This document shows positions 1-12,266 of a stretch of 64,000 nucleotides of DNA, piece after piece (positions within the stretch are counted from its first letter, which is position 1; every line of letters starts with the position of its first letter). The DNA lies in the NCBI RefSeq assembly GCF_006345805.1, contig NC_043001.1, forward strand, positions 22,134,001-22,198,000, written 5' to 3'. The notes under the pieces were generated by a model, which saw only the letters and a program-made list of their open reading frames with translations, ran no database searches and was not told the origin of the DNA. The translations under genes and the position numbers were made by a program. Origin of the DNA: Octopus sinensis. Its lineage: Eukaryota.

Positions 1-133
1 CATCGAGTTATTTTCTGTACTTAGCACTTTAGCCATGAACAGGATCAGAAATGTTATGAGACAGCAATTATAATGTTGATAAACATCTTTTGAGTAAATG
101 GCATTTGAAAAACAATGTTAATATTGTTCAACA

Positions 134-204
134 TTAACCCTTTAACATTTAGATTACTCTGTTAAATGTATTGCTTATTTATTCATTGTTTTGAATTAAT
201 CCTA
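134..204. mobile_element. Fragment of TTAA-type MITE family 2
   Basis: ttaaccctttaacatttagattactctg... matches the end of the complete copy at 39547-39765; interrupted by a SINE head at ~205. Confidence 0.55.
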
Positions 205-459
205 GGCGCAAGAGTGGCTGTGTGGTAAGTATTGGTGCAGGAGAGGCTGTGTGGTAAGTATTGGTGCAGGAGAGGCTGTGTGGTAAGTAGCTTGCTTATA
301 GTGGGATTGAACCCAAAACCATGTGGTTGGGAAACAAGCTTCAGATTGAAGACAACATAAATGCTGGAATGATAATGGAGGCGCAATCAGCAATTCCAAA
401 TAATTATTAATGTTAGGGCTCAGTTAAGAGCCCTAAGACTCATACAGCCAGAAATTAAT

Positions 460-710
460 CCAGTCTCCATGGCAGATAAGTGACTGGGATTATGAGATTA
501 CAACAACAATACCTCACTTCTTTGAATGCAACACCATCCTCTCAGAGTATTAATTCCCCAGCTATTGCTGGAACTCATTTACCTTGAGTGGACTGGAACA
601 ACATGAAATGAAGTGTTTTACTCAGAAACACAACACACTGCTCGGACTTGGAATCGAAACCATGATTATATGATTATGAGTGAACCACCTGATCTACTAA
701 GTTACAGGTC
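460..710 (-). mobile_element. tRNA-derived SINE, family D (diverged)
   Basis: gagtggactggaacaacatgaaatgaagtgtttt...ggaatcgaaac shared with 55436-55667 and, reversed, 2975-3205. Confidence 0.6.
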
Positions 711-759
711 TTTTCATGTTAATTGAAAAAGGTTTTTTTTTAAGGAAAAAGTAATATTG

Positions 760-965
760 TGTGACCCCCCCCCACTTTGGTCATGAATGACCATGGGATT
801 GCACCTAGAAAGTTACCCTGCAAGGCACAAGTCTGGGCAAGGTTGTTTATGGAAGGCCAGCAGTCGCCCATGCATACCAGCTTCCTCTCTCCACACTACT
901 GATGTTATCCAAGGGAAAGGCAAAGGCCGATACAGCTTGGCACCAGTGACGTTGCAGCTCATTTA
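760..965. mobile_element. Interspersed repeat fragment, possibly RTE-type retroposon 5' region
   Basis: GC-richer block with gggaaaggcaaagg...cttggcaccagtg between SINEs; family assignment is inference. Confidence 0.35.
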
Positions 966-1278
966 TTAAAGTGCAAGTGGCTGAGTACTCCACAGACATG
1001 TGTACCTTTAACGTAGTTCTCGGGGAGATTCAGCATGACACAGAGTGTGACAAGGCTGGCCCTTTAAAATTCAGGTACAACAGAAACAGGAAGAAAGAAT
1101 AAGAGAAAGTTGTGGTGAAAGAATCCAGCAGGGTTCACCACCACCCCCTGCCGGAGCCTCATGGAGCTTTTAGGTGTTTTCGCCCAATAAACACTCACAA
1201 TGCCCGGTCTGAGAATCAAAACCGCTTTCCTACGACTGCGAGTCCACTGCCCAAACCACTGGGCCATTGCACCTCCAC
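964..1278 (-). mobile_element. tRNA-derived SINE, family D
   Basis: Minus strand begins ggaggtgcaatggcccagtggtttgggcagtggactcgcagtcgtagg...ttttgattctc (A/B-box-like); homologous to 53563-53848. Confidence 0.8.
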
Positions 1279-1544
1279 AGGAAAAAGTAATAGCAGATTG
1301 AAAACTAACAGAAGTCAACATTTTATGTAAATTTTTTTATACAGGATATTTTAAAAATTATGGTCTAAATTATGAAATAAATTTCCACAAATTAGTGCGA
1401 CAAAGTATTTAGCAAATATAAAAATGCTATAAACTGAAGGGCAGCTACTAAAACAGTTCCGTCTAAACTAGTTTTCAATCTGGTATTGCTTTGATCTGTC
1501 TATTAGAAAAATTCTTTTTTTTAAAATTTATTTTAATAACAGCA

Positions 1545-1941
1545 GGTGCACGAGTGGCTGTGTGGTAAGTAGCTTGCTTACCAACCACATGGTTCCGGGT
1601 TCAGTCCCACTGCGTGGCACCTTGGGCAAGTGTCTTCTACTATAGCCTTGGGCTGACCAAAGCCTTGTGAGTGGATTTGGTAGACAGAAACTGAAAGAAG
1701 CCCATTGTATATGTATATATATATATGTATGTATGTTTGTGTGTCTGTTTGTCCCCCCCCCCCCAACATCGCTTGACAACTGATGCTGGTGTTTTTACGT
1801 GCCCGTAATTTAGCGGTTCGGCAAAAAGAGACCGATAGAATAAGTACTAGGCTTACAAAGAATAAGTCCTGGGGTCGATTTGCTCGACTAAAGGTGGTGC
1901 TCCAGCATGGCCGCAGTCAAATGACTGAAACAAGTAAAAAT
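1545..1941 (+). mobile_element. tRNA-derived SINE, family A (full length)
   Basis: Head gtggctgtgtggtaagtagc...ggttcagtccc, CORE-like ggcaccttgggcaagt, internal (TA)/(TG) tract, tail gactgaaacaagtaaaa; about 20 copies in window. Confidence 0.9.
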
Positions 1942-2066
1942 AGTAATAGTAGCATGGCTTTGCGGATTCAGTCCCACTGCATGACACCTTGGACAAGCAT
2001 CTTCTATTTTAGCCTGAAGCTAAACAATGCCTTGTGAGTGAACCTGATAGAAACTGTATGGAAGCC

Positions 2067-2103
<37 letters not shown>

Positions 2104-2391
2104 TATCAACTCCACCACAGCTTGACAACCAGTGTTGGTTTGTTTATATTCCTGTAACTTGGGTGTTTTTAATACCAATACTTATTCTATTGGTTCTTTT
2201 GCTAAACTGCTGAGTACTGGGGTTGATTTGTCAGATGAATACCCTTCAAGGTGGTGCCCCTGCATGACCACAATCCAATGTAATATGCAAAGCATAAACC
2301 ACTATTTGGAACTGCAAATTGCACCTATATGCAATTATTGATTTCCATAGAATGTGAAATTGGTGATAGTAATATTACAAAATTGTAATAG

Positions 2392-2960
2392 TATTGGGTT
2401 GTCTGGAAAGTTCGTGCCAATTTATAGTAGCTTACCTTTTGACTTATTTTAGAACATGGTTGAGTCCATAAAATAGGATTTGATTACACCTCCATTTAGA
2501 GCACAGTTTAAGCTATTTTTTCATGGAAGAAGGTTTATGTTCCTATAACCTGTGTTAATTCTGTAACCCTTTAAAATGGAAGATAAGAAAGTTCACTTCC
2601 AGCACTTGATGCATGGGAACAAGACAAAAATAGCTGCAGCACGGCTGGGATGTGTTACCCCACCCCCCATATTCACCAGATATTGCTCCTTCGGATTTCC
2701 ACTTATTCAGGTCTCTGTAGAATAGTCTTAATGGTAAAAATTTCAATTCCTTGGATGATGTAAAAAGACACCTTGATGAATTCTTTGCCATGAAACCACC
2801 TCAATTCTGGGAAGAGGGTATTTTCAAGTTAAAGGAAAGATGGAGATGCATTGTGCAACAAAATGGTTCATATTGGGTTGATTAAAAATGTAATGGCACG
2901 TATTTATTGATCTTTTCCTTTCCTTTAAAAATCGGCACGAACTTTCCGGACAATCCAATA
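2392..2960 (+). mobile_element. Internally deleted mariner transposon
   Basis: TIRs TA-ttgggttgtctggaaagttcgtgcc / ggcacgaactttccggacaatccaa-TA; residual transposase GWDVLPHPPYSPDIAPSDFHLFRSL*NSLNGKNF...WEEGIFKLKERW (YSPDLAP.D motif) with an in-frame stop. Confidence 0.93.
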
Positions 2961-2974
2961 TTATTACAAAGGGG

Positions 2975-3205
2975 GAAGCATGTGACTAAGTAGTTAAGGT
3001 GCTGCACTCATGGTCATCAGATTGTGGTTTCAACTCCTGGGCCAGGCAATGCATTGCATTCTTGAGCAAAACACTTCATTTCACATTGCCTTAGTTCACT
3101 CAGCTGGCAGAAATGAGTAATCCTATGACAAACTGGCGACCAAACCAAGGAGGAGGTGGATACATATCCCACAGAAGCTGAAAAAGTGGCCTTATGAGCC
3201 ACGGA
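2975..3205 (+). mobile_element. tRNA-derived SINE, family D (diverged)
   Basis: tRNA-like head then cttgagcaaaacacttcatttcacattgc; reverse complement of 55436-55667. Confidence 0.65.
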
Positions 3206-4597
3206 CTACTAAGGCTGGGTTTTAGCTGAGGATCTTTGAACCTATGGCTGAGGAAGGTCCTTTGATCCTTTTGAATACTGCAAAGACTCTTATCTAAAAC
3301 ATGCAGCAAAGTGAAAGTACATAAGCAGTATATTCTATAGAGAGCTACTTGTTTCATAAGAGACATAGTTAATGTCTTATGTATGTAAATACATATTAGA
3401 AGCCTCTATAATTACACATCAACACATTTTAAAGGGACCGTAATAGAAATATAGAATTGTACTTTTCATTAAAGTCGAATTGTTAAACTATTTGTGACCT
3501 CTGACGATGTTTTAGGACAACATGGATCATTTTTCAAAGAACGAATTAAATTACATACATTTTGAACTTTTATAATAATAAAAAAAAATACTAAACGAAT
3601 GGTAGAAATAAAATAACTCTACATAATTTACAAGCAATTTTGTCTATCTGACCTTTGTTTCTACCCCCTGTGAGTTGGAGATAAATACAAATCTAACAAT
3701 AGTGAATATAGTGACATTTTCAGATATGTTTTTTAATGGAAAAAATATATTAAATATGCATGGTCCTTCTATGAAGATATAAGAATTGAAATACAAAAGG
3801 TCAGATGACTATTTGTATGAACAAGAATTTTACAGTACTTCAAAAACAGTCTGTAGTGTTTAAAAATTGCATTACAATGATTTTGTTACTTTATTTTATT
3901 ACATTTTTTCTTCTGTTGTTTTTTTTTTATCATTTCATATTGTGAAGTTTGGACAGTTAGAAATAACATTAAAAAAATTGTTTTTCATTCTATTGCCTCT
4001 TTATGTAATTGTGACCCGGTTGGATTCTTTTCACAGGATCAAATGGAGAAAGGTCACAGATGAAGAATAGCTATTTATTTCATAGTGTACTTGCTTTTTT
4101 TTCTTTTTTTTTTTACCTTTACAAAAAAAAAACAAAAAAACCCAACCATATTGAAGAATTAAGTCTACTTGTTACGTGTTCAATGAAATAAATATAAATT
4201 AGCTATTCTTCATCTACAATCTTTTACCATTCGACCTTGTGAAGGAAAAGAAGTCTCATCGAACTATATGAAGACGCAACATTGATTTTCTTTGCTCTAC
4301 TTTCTAATACATTCTGTTTTTTTTTTGTAATGTCTGGCCAAATTTAATAGAATGAAATGATGTAAAACTTCTTTTTTTTTTTGCTATAATTTGTCAATTA
4401 TGGTTAATCTTTCTCTAAAGGAGTTATTTTATCTCATTCTTATATCAAGGCAGCTTTTAAATCAATCTTTTATACATAAGTATAGTCCTTTTATAGGTAA
4501 ATAAGTTGAGTATAGTATTTAAATCTATCAAGTTCCAATAAATATTTGAGATCATTGTACACCAAAAACATATTTGCTTCTTTGAATTACGACATTT

Positions 4598-5140
4598 TTG
4601 TTGTGTCTGGGGAGAGTCATTTTCTTTTTGTGCCTTATAATTTAACCCTTTTGTTACTGTATTTATTTCGAGATGCTCTGTGTTTCTTTCAATTAATTTT
4701 AAATATAACTAAGAATTTAGTAAAATAACTTAGTTACCATTAAGCTAGTGTTAAGAACATAAATTGTGACTAAGTTTTGGCGGAAGATTTTAATTCAAAA
4801 CTTATGAAAGCAAGACATTTGTACTACCGAGTCTGAGGCGGTTTCAGTCGGTTCGGTATCAAAAGGGTTAACACACTCACTGGTTAAGTTTCCACTTCTT
4901 ATTTTTATTTTCCTAAAATTTTTGTTGCGTCTTGCAACCTTTTCAATAGTTTTGACTATTGAAAAGGTTGCAACAAGCAACAGAAATTTTAGGAAAATAA
5001 AAATATAAAGTGGGAATTTTACTGGTGAGTGTGTTAGATTATAAGGCACAAAAAGAAAATGACTCTCCCCAGACACAACAAAAATGTTTTAACACACGAA
5101 CTCACACAAAGAATCTTGCAAACCAAATCCAAAAACGAAA
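4598..5140. mobile_element. Fold-back (palindromic) element, probably Penelope-like, interrupted by a MITE
   Basis: Arms tgttgtgtctggggagagtc...ttgcaaccttttcaatag / ctattgaaaaggttgcaa...gactctccccagacacaaca; uninterrupted copy at 11134-11490. Confidence 0.75.
4646..4867 (+). mobile_element. piggyBac-type MITE family 1 (~220 bp)
   Basis: TTAA|ccctttt...aaaaggg|TTAA. Confidence 0.88.
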
Positions 5141-5992
5141 CATTTTTGTTGCTTTCTTTATGAATATTTTAATAATACAAATGCTACCAATCTTTAATCT
5201 CTTCTCATCCACTGGACTGCAACCATGCTGGGGCACTGCCTTGAAAGGTTTTAGTCAGACTAAACAACCAGAGTGCTTTTTTATTTTTTAAGTTTGGTAC
5301 TTATTCTGTCAGTCTCTTTCAGCATACTGCTAAGTTACAATATCATAAACAAACCAACACCATTTGTCAAGTAACAGGCAAAGGAGACAAACACAAAGAC
5401 ACACACACACATAATACAGTCTTTAATACAGAAGTATATCACATAACAATATATATGTGATCTGCTCTTTCTGATCTTCAAAAATCTAAACAATTATGTT
5501 TCTTTATTAGCCACACAGGGCTGAACACAGAGGGGACAAATTACAAAGTAGAGCTTTTCTTTTTGGGGAGCAAAAAAAAAGGAAAAATAATAAAAATAAA
5601 AAGGGGGTAGGTTTTCGATCAAAAGATCGTAAAAAGAGAAAAAAAAACCGATCAATAGGGATCGTGTATCACAGAAATGTCATGATGTAGAATGTAAAGG
5701 GGGAAGCAGATACGGTTTATCCATGGAAAGAAAAGCCTATGGAAAAGACCACAGCAACCTCGGTCAATAATGTCACATGTTAACACATTTATTTGCAAGT
5801 AAGTAACACTCCGTTTAAAATTTTCCAGGTTCATAGGATTATGCTCAAGGTGGCTTCGTCATGTCATAGTGTACGTGATATCACTGTAGATCAAGGGACT
5901 GCTTATAAATGAATAATTGAAGATATAAGTCTGTTGTAAACAAAGCTGATCATGGTTTCTCTAAAACAAATCTTAACCAATTCTATATTTAA

Positions 5993-6213
5993 CCCTTTCG
6001 TTACTGTATTTATTTTGAGATGCTCTGTGTTTCTCTCAATTATTTTAGATATAACAAAGAATTTAGTAAAATAACTTTGTTATCATTCAGCTAATGTTAG
6101 GAACATTAATTGTGACTAAGGTTTGGTGGAAGATTCTAATTCAAGACTTACGAAAACAAGACATTTGTACTACAGAGCCAGAGCCGGTTTCAGCCAGGTT
6201 GGTAACAAAAGGG
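5993..6213 (+). mobile_element. piggyBac-type MITE family 1
   Basis: TTAA|ccctttcgttac...gtaacaaaaggg|TTAA; empty site ttctatatTTAAgagatgagg seen at ~29722. Confidence 0.92.
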
Positions 6214-6362
6214 TTAAGAGATGAGGAATTATGTACATTATTTACATTTGACAGATAGTTGTCCTCATCTTATTTGAAGGCTGGAGGGTGTATCAGCGAA
6301 AATGTTGTGTTAAAAACAAACAAGATGAGGACAAATATCTGTTAAATGTAAATAATGTGTAC
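6214..6362. mobile_element. Short fold-back remnant of the Penelope-like family seen at 29749-30192
   Basis: acattatttacatttgacagatagttgtcctcatctt / aagatgaggacaaatatctgttaaatgtaaataatgt inverted arms. Confidence 0.7.
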
Positions 6363-6972
6363 AATGTAAATCTTAACCATATGTAAACTTTACAAACCAT
6401 TGCTGCTTATGAAGAAATGCATTGACAAGTGATATAGAAACATTAAACACTCCTCATTTCCATAGACCTTTGCCTATATATATATATAAAATAAAATAGG
6501 ACAAGAATGCAAAACATCCGGACAACTAGGTGATGCAAAAAGGGACAACAAAACATCCAGATAGACGATACAAAAAAACAAGGATGAGTCATTCAAAGCC
6601 TTTTATCCTCAGTCAAGAACCGGATCATCCTTGCAATTTCGGCTGATTAATCTTGAGATTGCTCCAATCTGGCCAGCCCCAAGGAAAACCTAAGCTATGA
6701 GCATTAGATTCCTTGGGAAAAAAGCATCCAGTGTATACGAAAACAAGGACAGAAAAACAGACGATGTTACATGAATATAAATACAAAAATACAATAAAAA
6801 TAATAATAATAAAAACAGGACATAACAACAGGCGTCTTTCGACTGGGGACGAATTGAATTCAGCTGGCGTGTGTGGAAATGAAGCCTTATGGCAGAGAGA
6901 AGAATATCGATGTGGCAGTGACCATGGTCAGATGCAAAAGGGCTAGCAGTCTGGCCTATAGGTCACATGAGT

Positions 6973-7049
<77 letters not shown>

Positions 7050-7299
7050 TTAGGCAGCTGATGATGGGAATATTTAAAATGTTTGTTGTCAGTGAATCTT
7101 TTATATCTTCCAGTCTCATTCAAAGTTGTTCTTCATTCACATAGGGTTGAACTTGTTAAAGGACTTTTGGTTGGTGGTGGTTTTGATATTTCATGATTTT
7201 CCTTCATTGGGATTATAATTATGCCTAGGGAAACAGTTATTTAAGGGTTTCTAATTTGGAGAGGTTTTGTTGCAGAGAGGGGGAGGGGGAGGGAGTCAG

Positions 7300-7361
7300 A
7301 GAGAGAGGAGAGACAGCAAGAGAGTCATATATATAGAGAGAAGAGAGACAGTAAGAGAGTT

Positions 7362-7394
<33 letters not shown>

Positions 7395-7395
7395 G

Positions 7396-7451
<56 letters not shown>

Positions 7452-7481
7452 AAGAAAGAGAGAGAAAGAGAGAGAGAGAGA

Positions 7482-7528
<47 letters not shown>

Positions 7529-7535
7529 GAGAGAT
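7300..7535. repeat. (GA)n-rich microsatellite
   Basis: Imperfect GA/GAAA/GACA run. Confidence 0.95.
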
Positions 7536-8242
7536 GAGTCATGAGTCGCTTTTCAAAAAACTATCTTTAAAAAAATAAGACATCAGAATTGTAGTTAAGA
7601 AAGAAATGAAATTGAATTTCATCTTCGTATTTATAGCTCATAGCAAAGAGCCATTTAAAATAAATTTATCTTCTACATATCTCTATATCTATACATTTTA
7701 AACACTCATACCCTTTGAATTCCCTTTCCATCTTGATACTTGAAGCTATGGATTTCTCTGCAATTTTATCTAATCTTGTTCTTTGATACTTGCTGCTGAA
7801 TATTGAGAAACATCACATATATTCCTTAAAGCTCTTCGTGTTTCTCATGAAGAAGAAAAAAAAATATAAAATAAAATCAATAGTCTTACATAAAGTAGAG
7901 AAATACTTGGAAGATAGACATTTATCCATTTCTTTAAAAGTAAAGAAATCGAGGAATTCTTTTGTTGTTCTTGTTTGGTAAGTATTTTCCCAGAGATCAG
8001 GAGTTGGAACTATATTGTAGCATTGTGACAGTGTCGTAATAACCGTTCACAAAAAGAAAAAAAAAACCATATGCTTTTTATATCTTGCTTTGTATTCTTA
8101 GTAGAGAAGTTATTTGACTGGTTCATTTAATGTCTGTTTCTCATGCCATCATGGCTTCAATGGAAGGAAATTGAAACAAAATTTTTTTTTTATGGATGAA
8201 TGTACTTCTTGTTGTGAACCCTTCTTTATCTCATTCTCGTTT

Positions 8243-8500
8243 ACTCTTTTACTTGTTTCAGTCATTTGACTGCGGCCATGCTGGAGCACCGCCTTTAGTC
8301 GAGCAAATCGACCCCAGGACTTATTCTTTATAAGCCTAGTACTTATTCTATCAGTCTCTTTTGCCGAACTGCTAAGTTACTGGGACGTAAACACACCAGC
8401 ATCGGTTGTCAAGCGATGTTGGGGGGTGGGGACAACCACAACACACAAACATACACACACACACACACACACATATACATACATACATATATATATATAT

Positions 8501-8537
<37 letters not shown>

Positions 8538-8700
8538 CGATGGGCTTCTTTCAGTTTCTGTCTACCAAATCCACTCACAAGGCTTTGGTCGGCCCGAGGC
8601 TATAGTAGAAGATATTTGCTCAAGGTGCCACACACCGGGACTGAACCCGGAACCATGTGGTTCGTAAACAAGCTACTTACCACACAGCTACTCCTACGCC
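8243..8700 (-). mobile_element. SINE family A (full length)
   Basis: Reverse complement of 1545-1941. Confidence 0.9.
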
Positions 8701-9053
8701 TAGTTAAGAGATTTTACTTTCTTATTCTGGAGGAATTTGAAAGTGCATGGGCATGGTTGTGTGGTTAAGAATCTTGTTTCCCAATCATGTGGTTCTGGGT
8801 TCAGTCCCACTGCATGGCACCTTGCACAAGTGTCTTCTACTACAGCTCCAAGCTGACCAAAGCCTTGTGAGTGGATTTGGTAGCTGAAAGAAGCTAGTCA
8901 TGTATATGTGTGCATGAAGGGCATCCAACTGTAAAAAAAAAAAAACATGCCAAAACAGGCAGTTGAAGCCTGGTGCAGTCTACTACCAAACCAACTCCAG
9001 TGAAACAGTCCAACCCATATCAGCATGTAAAACACACATTAAATGACAATAAT

Positions 9054-9703
9054 TACAATAATTCCTTGCCGCATCGTGGTTCACCTATCACAGTTCACCT
9101 ACCGCGGTTCACCTATCACGGTTTATTATTAAAGCTTACATAGATTCCTCCAAGGTGTTGTTTTGCATTTATAATTAAAAAATATATTTACAAATTATAA
9201 AAATAATCAAAAAATATATACAGTACAAATATATACAGTACATATATAGGCGCAGGAGTGGCTGTGTGGTAAGTAGGTTGCTTACCAACCACATGGTTCC
9301 GGGTTCAGTCCCACTGCATGGCATCTTGGGCAAGTGTTTTCTACTATAGCCTCGGGCCAACCAAAGCCTTGTGAGTGGATTTGGTAGACGGAAACTGAAA
9401 GAAGCTTGTCGTATATATGTATACATATATGTGTGTGATTGTGTGTCTGGGTTTGTCCCCCCAACATCGCTTGACAACCAATGCTGGTGTGTTTACGTCC
9501 TCGTAACTTAGCGGTTCGGCAAAAGAGACCGATAGAATAAGTACTAGGCTTACAAAGAATAAGTCCTGGGGTTGATTTGCTTGACTAAAGGCGGTGCTCC
9601 AGCATGGCCACAATCAAATGACTGAAAAGAGTAAAAGAGTACACTACTACTTCTACTTCACAAATTTTCACCTATCACATAACACCCGTAATAGTTGAGG
9701 GAT

Positions 9704-9710
<7 letters not shown>
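9054..9710. mobile_element. Degenerate Tigger/pogo-like MITE split by a SINE
   Basis: Repeated ttcacctatcac motifs at both ends; termini taattccttg / tgagggatta. Confidence 0.4.
9248..9640 (+). mobile_element. SINE family A (full length)
   Basis: ggcgcaggagtggctgtgtgg...gactgaaaagagtaaaagag. Confidence 0.9.
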
Positions 9711-9747
<37 letters not shown>

Positions 9748-10002
9748 TCATCATTTAACATCTGTTTTCTATGCTGGCATGAGTTGGAAAGTTTGGCAGG
9801 AGCTGACTAGGCAGAAGACTGTACCAAGCTCTGTCTGCTTTGGAATGGTTTCTATGACAAGATGCCCTTTTTAATGCCAACTGCTTTGCAGAATGTACTG
9901 GGTGCTTTCCACATGGTACAAGCACACGTGCTTGTGTACACATGTGTGTGTACCCTTGTCTTGACATTATATGATGGTTATAAATGAGATGTCGTCATGC
10001 AA

Positions 10003-10033
<31 letters not shown>

Positions 10034-10036
<3 letters not shown>

Positions 10037-10755
10037 TCATCATCATCATTTAACGTCCGCTTTCCATGCTAGCATGGGTTGGACGGTTCAACTGGGGTCT
10101 GGGGAGCCCGAAAGCTGCACCAGTCCAGTCAGATCTGGCAGTGTTTCTACAGCTGGATGCCCTTCCTAACGCCAACCACTCCGAGAGTGTAGTGGGTGAT
10201 TTTATGTGCCACCGACACAGGTGCCAGACGAGGCTGGCAAACGGCCACGCTCAGATGGTGTTTTTTATGTGCCACCAACACAGGTGCCAGACAAGGCTGG
10301 CAGACAGCCACGCTCGGATGGTGTTTTTATGTGCCACCGACACAGGTGCCAGATGAGGCTGGCAAACGGCCACGATCGGATGGTGTTTGTTACGTGCCCA
10401 CAGCACGGAGGCCAGTCGATGCGGTACTGGCTACGGCCACGTTCGGATGGTTTTCTCGTGTGCCACGTGCCACCGGCACTGGTACCACAAAGATACAAAT
10501 TCCATTGATGTTCATCTATTTTGATTTGTTTTGATTTGATTTGATTTTCACTTGCCTCAACAGGTCTTCACAAGTGTCACAAGAAGGAAGGTATGCACAG
10601 GTGGACTGACTACGTCCCAGGTAGGGGCCACAGGTTATGGCCTGACTAGTCTTGCCGGGTCTTCGGATGGTGTTTTTATGTGCCACCGACACAGGTGCCA
10701 GATGAGGCTGGCGAACGGCCACGATCGGATGGTGTTTGTTACGTGCCCACAGCAT
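10034..10755 (-). mobile_element. Retroposon family B with (GAT)n tail and internal ~57-bp tandem units
   Basis: (cat)n-ttaacgtccgctttccatgctagcatggg...ctggatgcccttcctaacgccaacc (RTE-like 3' end on minus strand) then repeats of tgccaccgacacaggtgccaga...ggctggcaaacggccacg. Confidence 0.85.
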
Positions 10756-11133
10756 GGAGATATATATATATATGGGTTTGAGTTTGTTTCTGTCCTTTGC
10801 CACACACTTGACAACAAGTGTTGGTTTGTTTATGTCCCTCGCAATAGTCCCTCAAGAGAGACCAATAGAATAGGTACCAGACATTAAAAAATAAGTACCA
10901 GAGTCAATTTGTTTGACTAAACTTTTCAAGATGGTGTCCCAGCAAGAACTGCAGTTGAATGACAAGTAAAAATATAAAAGATAACATTTACAGACTAAGT
11001 TATTGTTAATTTCTGAAACATGCTCCTACCTCTTAATATAAGTAATCTGTCATTATCTTAACAGGAGTCGTTGTGAACAGAGTGTTCAGGCTAAATTTGA
11101 CAGTTTGCATAAAAGGAAAAGAAAACACTATTC

Positions 11134-11490
11134 TGTTGTGTCTGGGGAGAGTCATTTTCTTTTTGTGCCTTATAATGTAACACACTCACCGGTAAAATTT
11201 CCACTATTTTTCTTACTTTTATTTTCCTAAAATTTTCGTTGCGTCTTGCAACCTTTTCAATAGTCTTGACTATGTCCATTATTTACACTGTGAGTCAAGA
11301 CTATTGAAAAGGTTGCAAGATACAACAAAAATTTTAGGAAAATAAAAATAGGAAATAAGTGGAAATTTTACCGGTGAGTGTGTTACATTACAAGGCACAA
11401 AAAGAAAATGACTCTCCCTAGACACAACAAAATATGCTTCAACACACGAACTCATATAAAGAATCTTGCAAACCAAATCCAAAAACGAAA
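11134..11490. mobile_element. Fold-back (palindromic) element, probably Penelope-like
   Basis: ~135-bp inverted arms (11134-11272 / 11293-11430) plus a shared tail aacacacgaactc...ccaaaaacgaaaca also at 5090-5140. Confidence 0.78.
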
Positions 11491-11721
11491 CAAACTATCC
11501 CATCCAAAAATAAAAGTATATTTAAAAGATCAAAATATATTAACTGGATTATGGATGGGAGATAATGATTTCCTCAAAGTAGCTACCCTCAGCATCTAAC
11601 ATAGCTTCAAGACAGCTCCAGAACTAGGCACATGCATTTCTCACTGGGCCTCTGAGAAGACCTTAGAACACCTTGATCTGTCATTTCCTCTGTGAGCCGC
11701 AACATCCTAAGATCAGTCCTC

Positions 11722-12266
11722 AAAGGTGGCTAGATGCAATATAAAACCAAAGGAAGAATTCAATTGTTACTAACAGTGACTGAGGGTGCATTGTAGCACC
11801 TACATTGCTAGAAATAAGAGTCAAAAGGCTCTTATAGCCACAAACATAACACAAGCCTATGAACTGACAGGGGAATTAACCGCACTTTAACAAGCGAGGG
11901 TACTAAACTGGCAAGCTAATTTTGCTTGAAATTAAAGCTCATCAGTAGCACTACTCTAGCGCTTATAGTTAAGTCAAATCCAACCTGTCAGTAGATAGTT
12001 TTTACCATAAGAATCAATGGCTGATTCATCAAAATGGTCTTGTGACAATTATAAACTAATAAAGGTGACCAGACATGATATAAAAACCAAAAGGAAGAAT
12101 TCAGTTGTTACTAATAGTGATTGAGGGTTCACTGCAGTACCTACATTGCTAGAAATAAGAGTCAAAGACCCCTATAGCCACGAACATAGCACACGTTTAT
12201 ATATTGACAGGGGAGTTAACTGCTCCATAGTCAGTGAGGGTGCCAAATTGGCAAGCCAATTTCGCT
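11722..12266. repeat. Diverged ~205-bp direct repeat pair
   Basis: 11722-11926 aligns with 12061-12266 (e.g. cctacattgctagaaataagagtcaaa identical in both). Confidence 0.85.

Noticed and set aside
7267-7578. ER-rich and LS-rich ORFs (also 12414-12822, 48521-49003)
   Set aside because: GA microsatellite or low-complexity purine tracts
10196-10534. CRISPR-like or repeat-protein appearance of the tandem units (also 15670-16195)
   Set aside because: Spacers are homologous to each other, context is a eukaryotic retroposon, no cas genes, and all frames are open simply because of repeat composition
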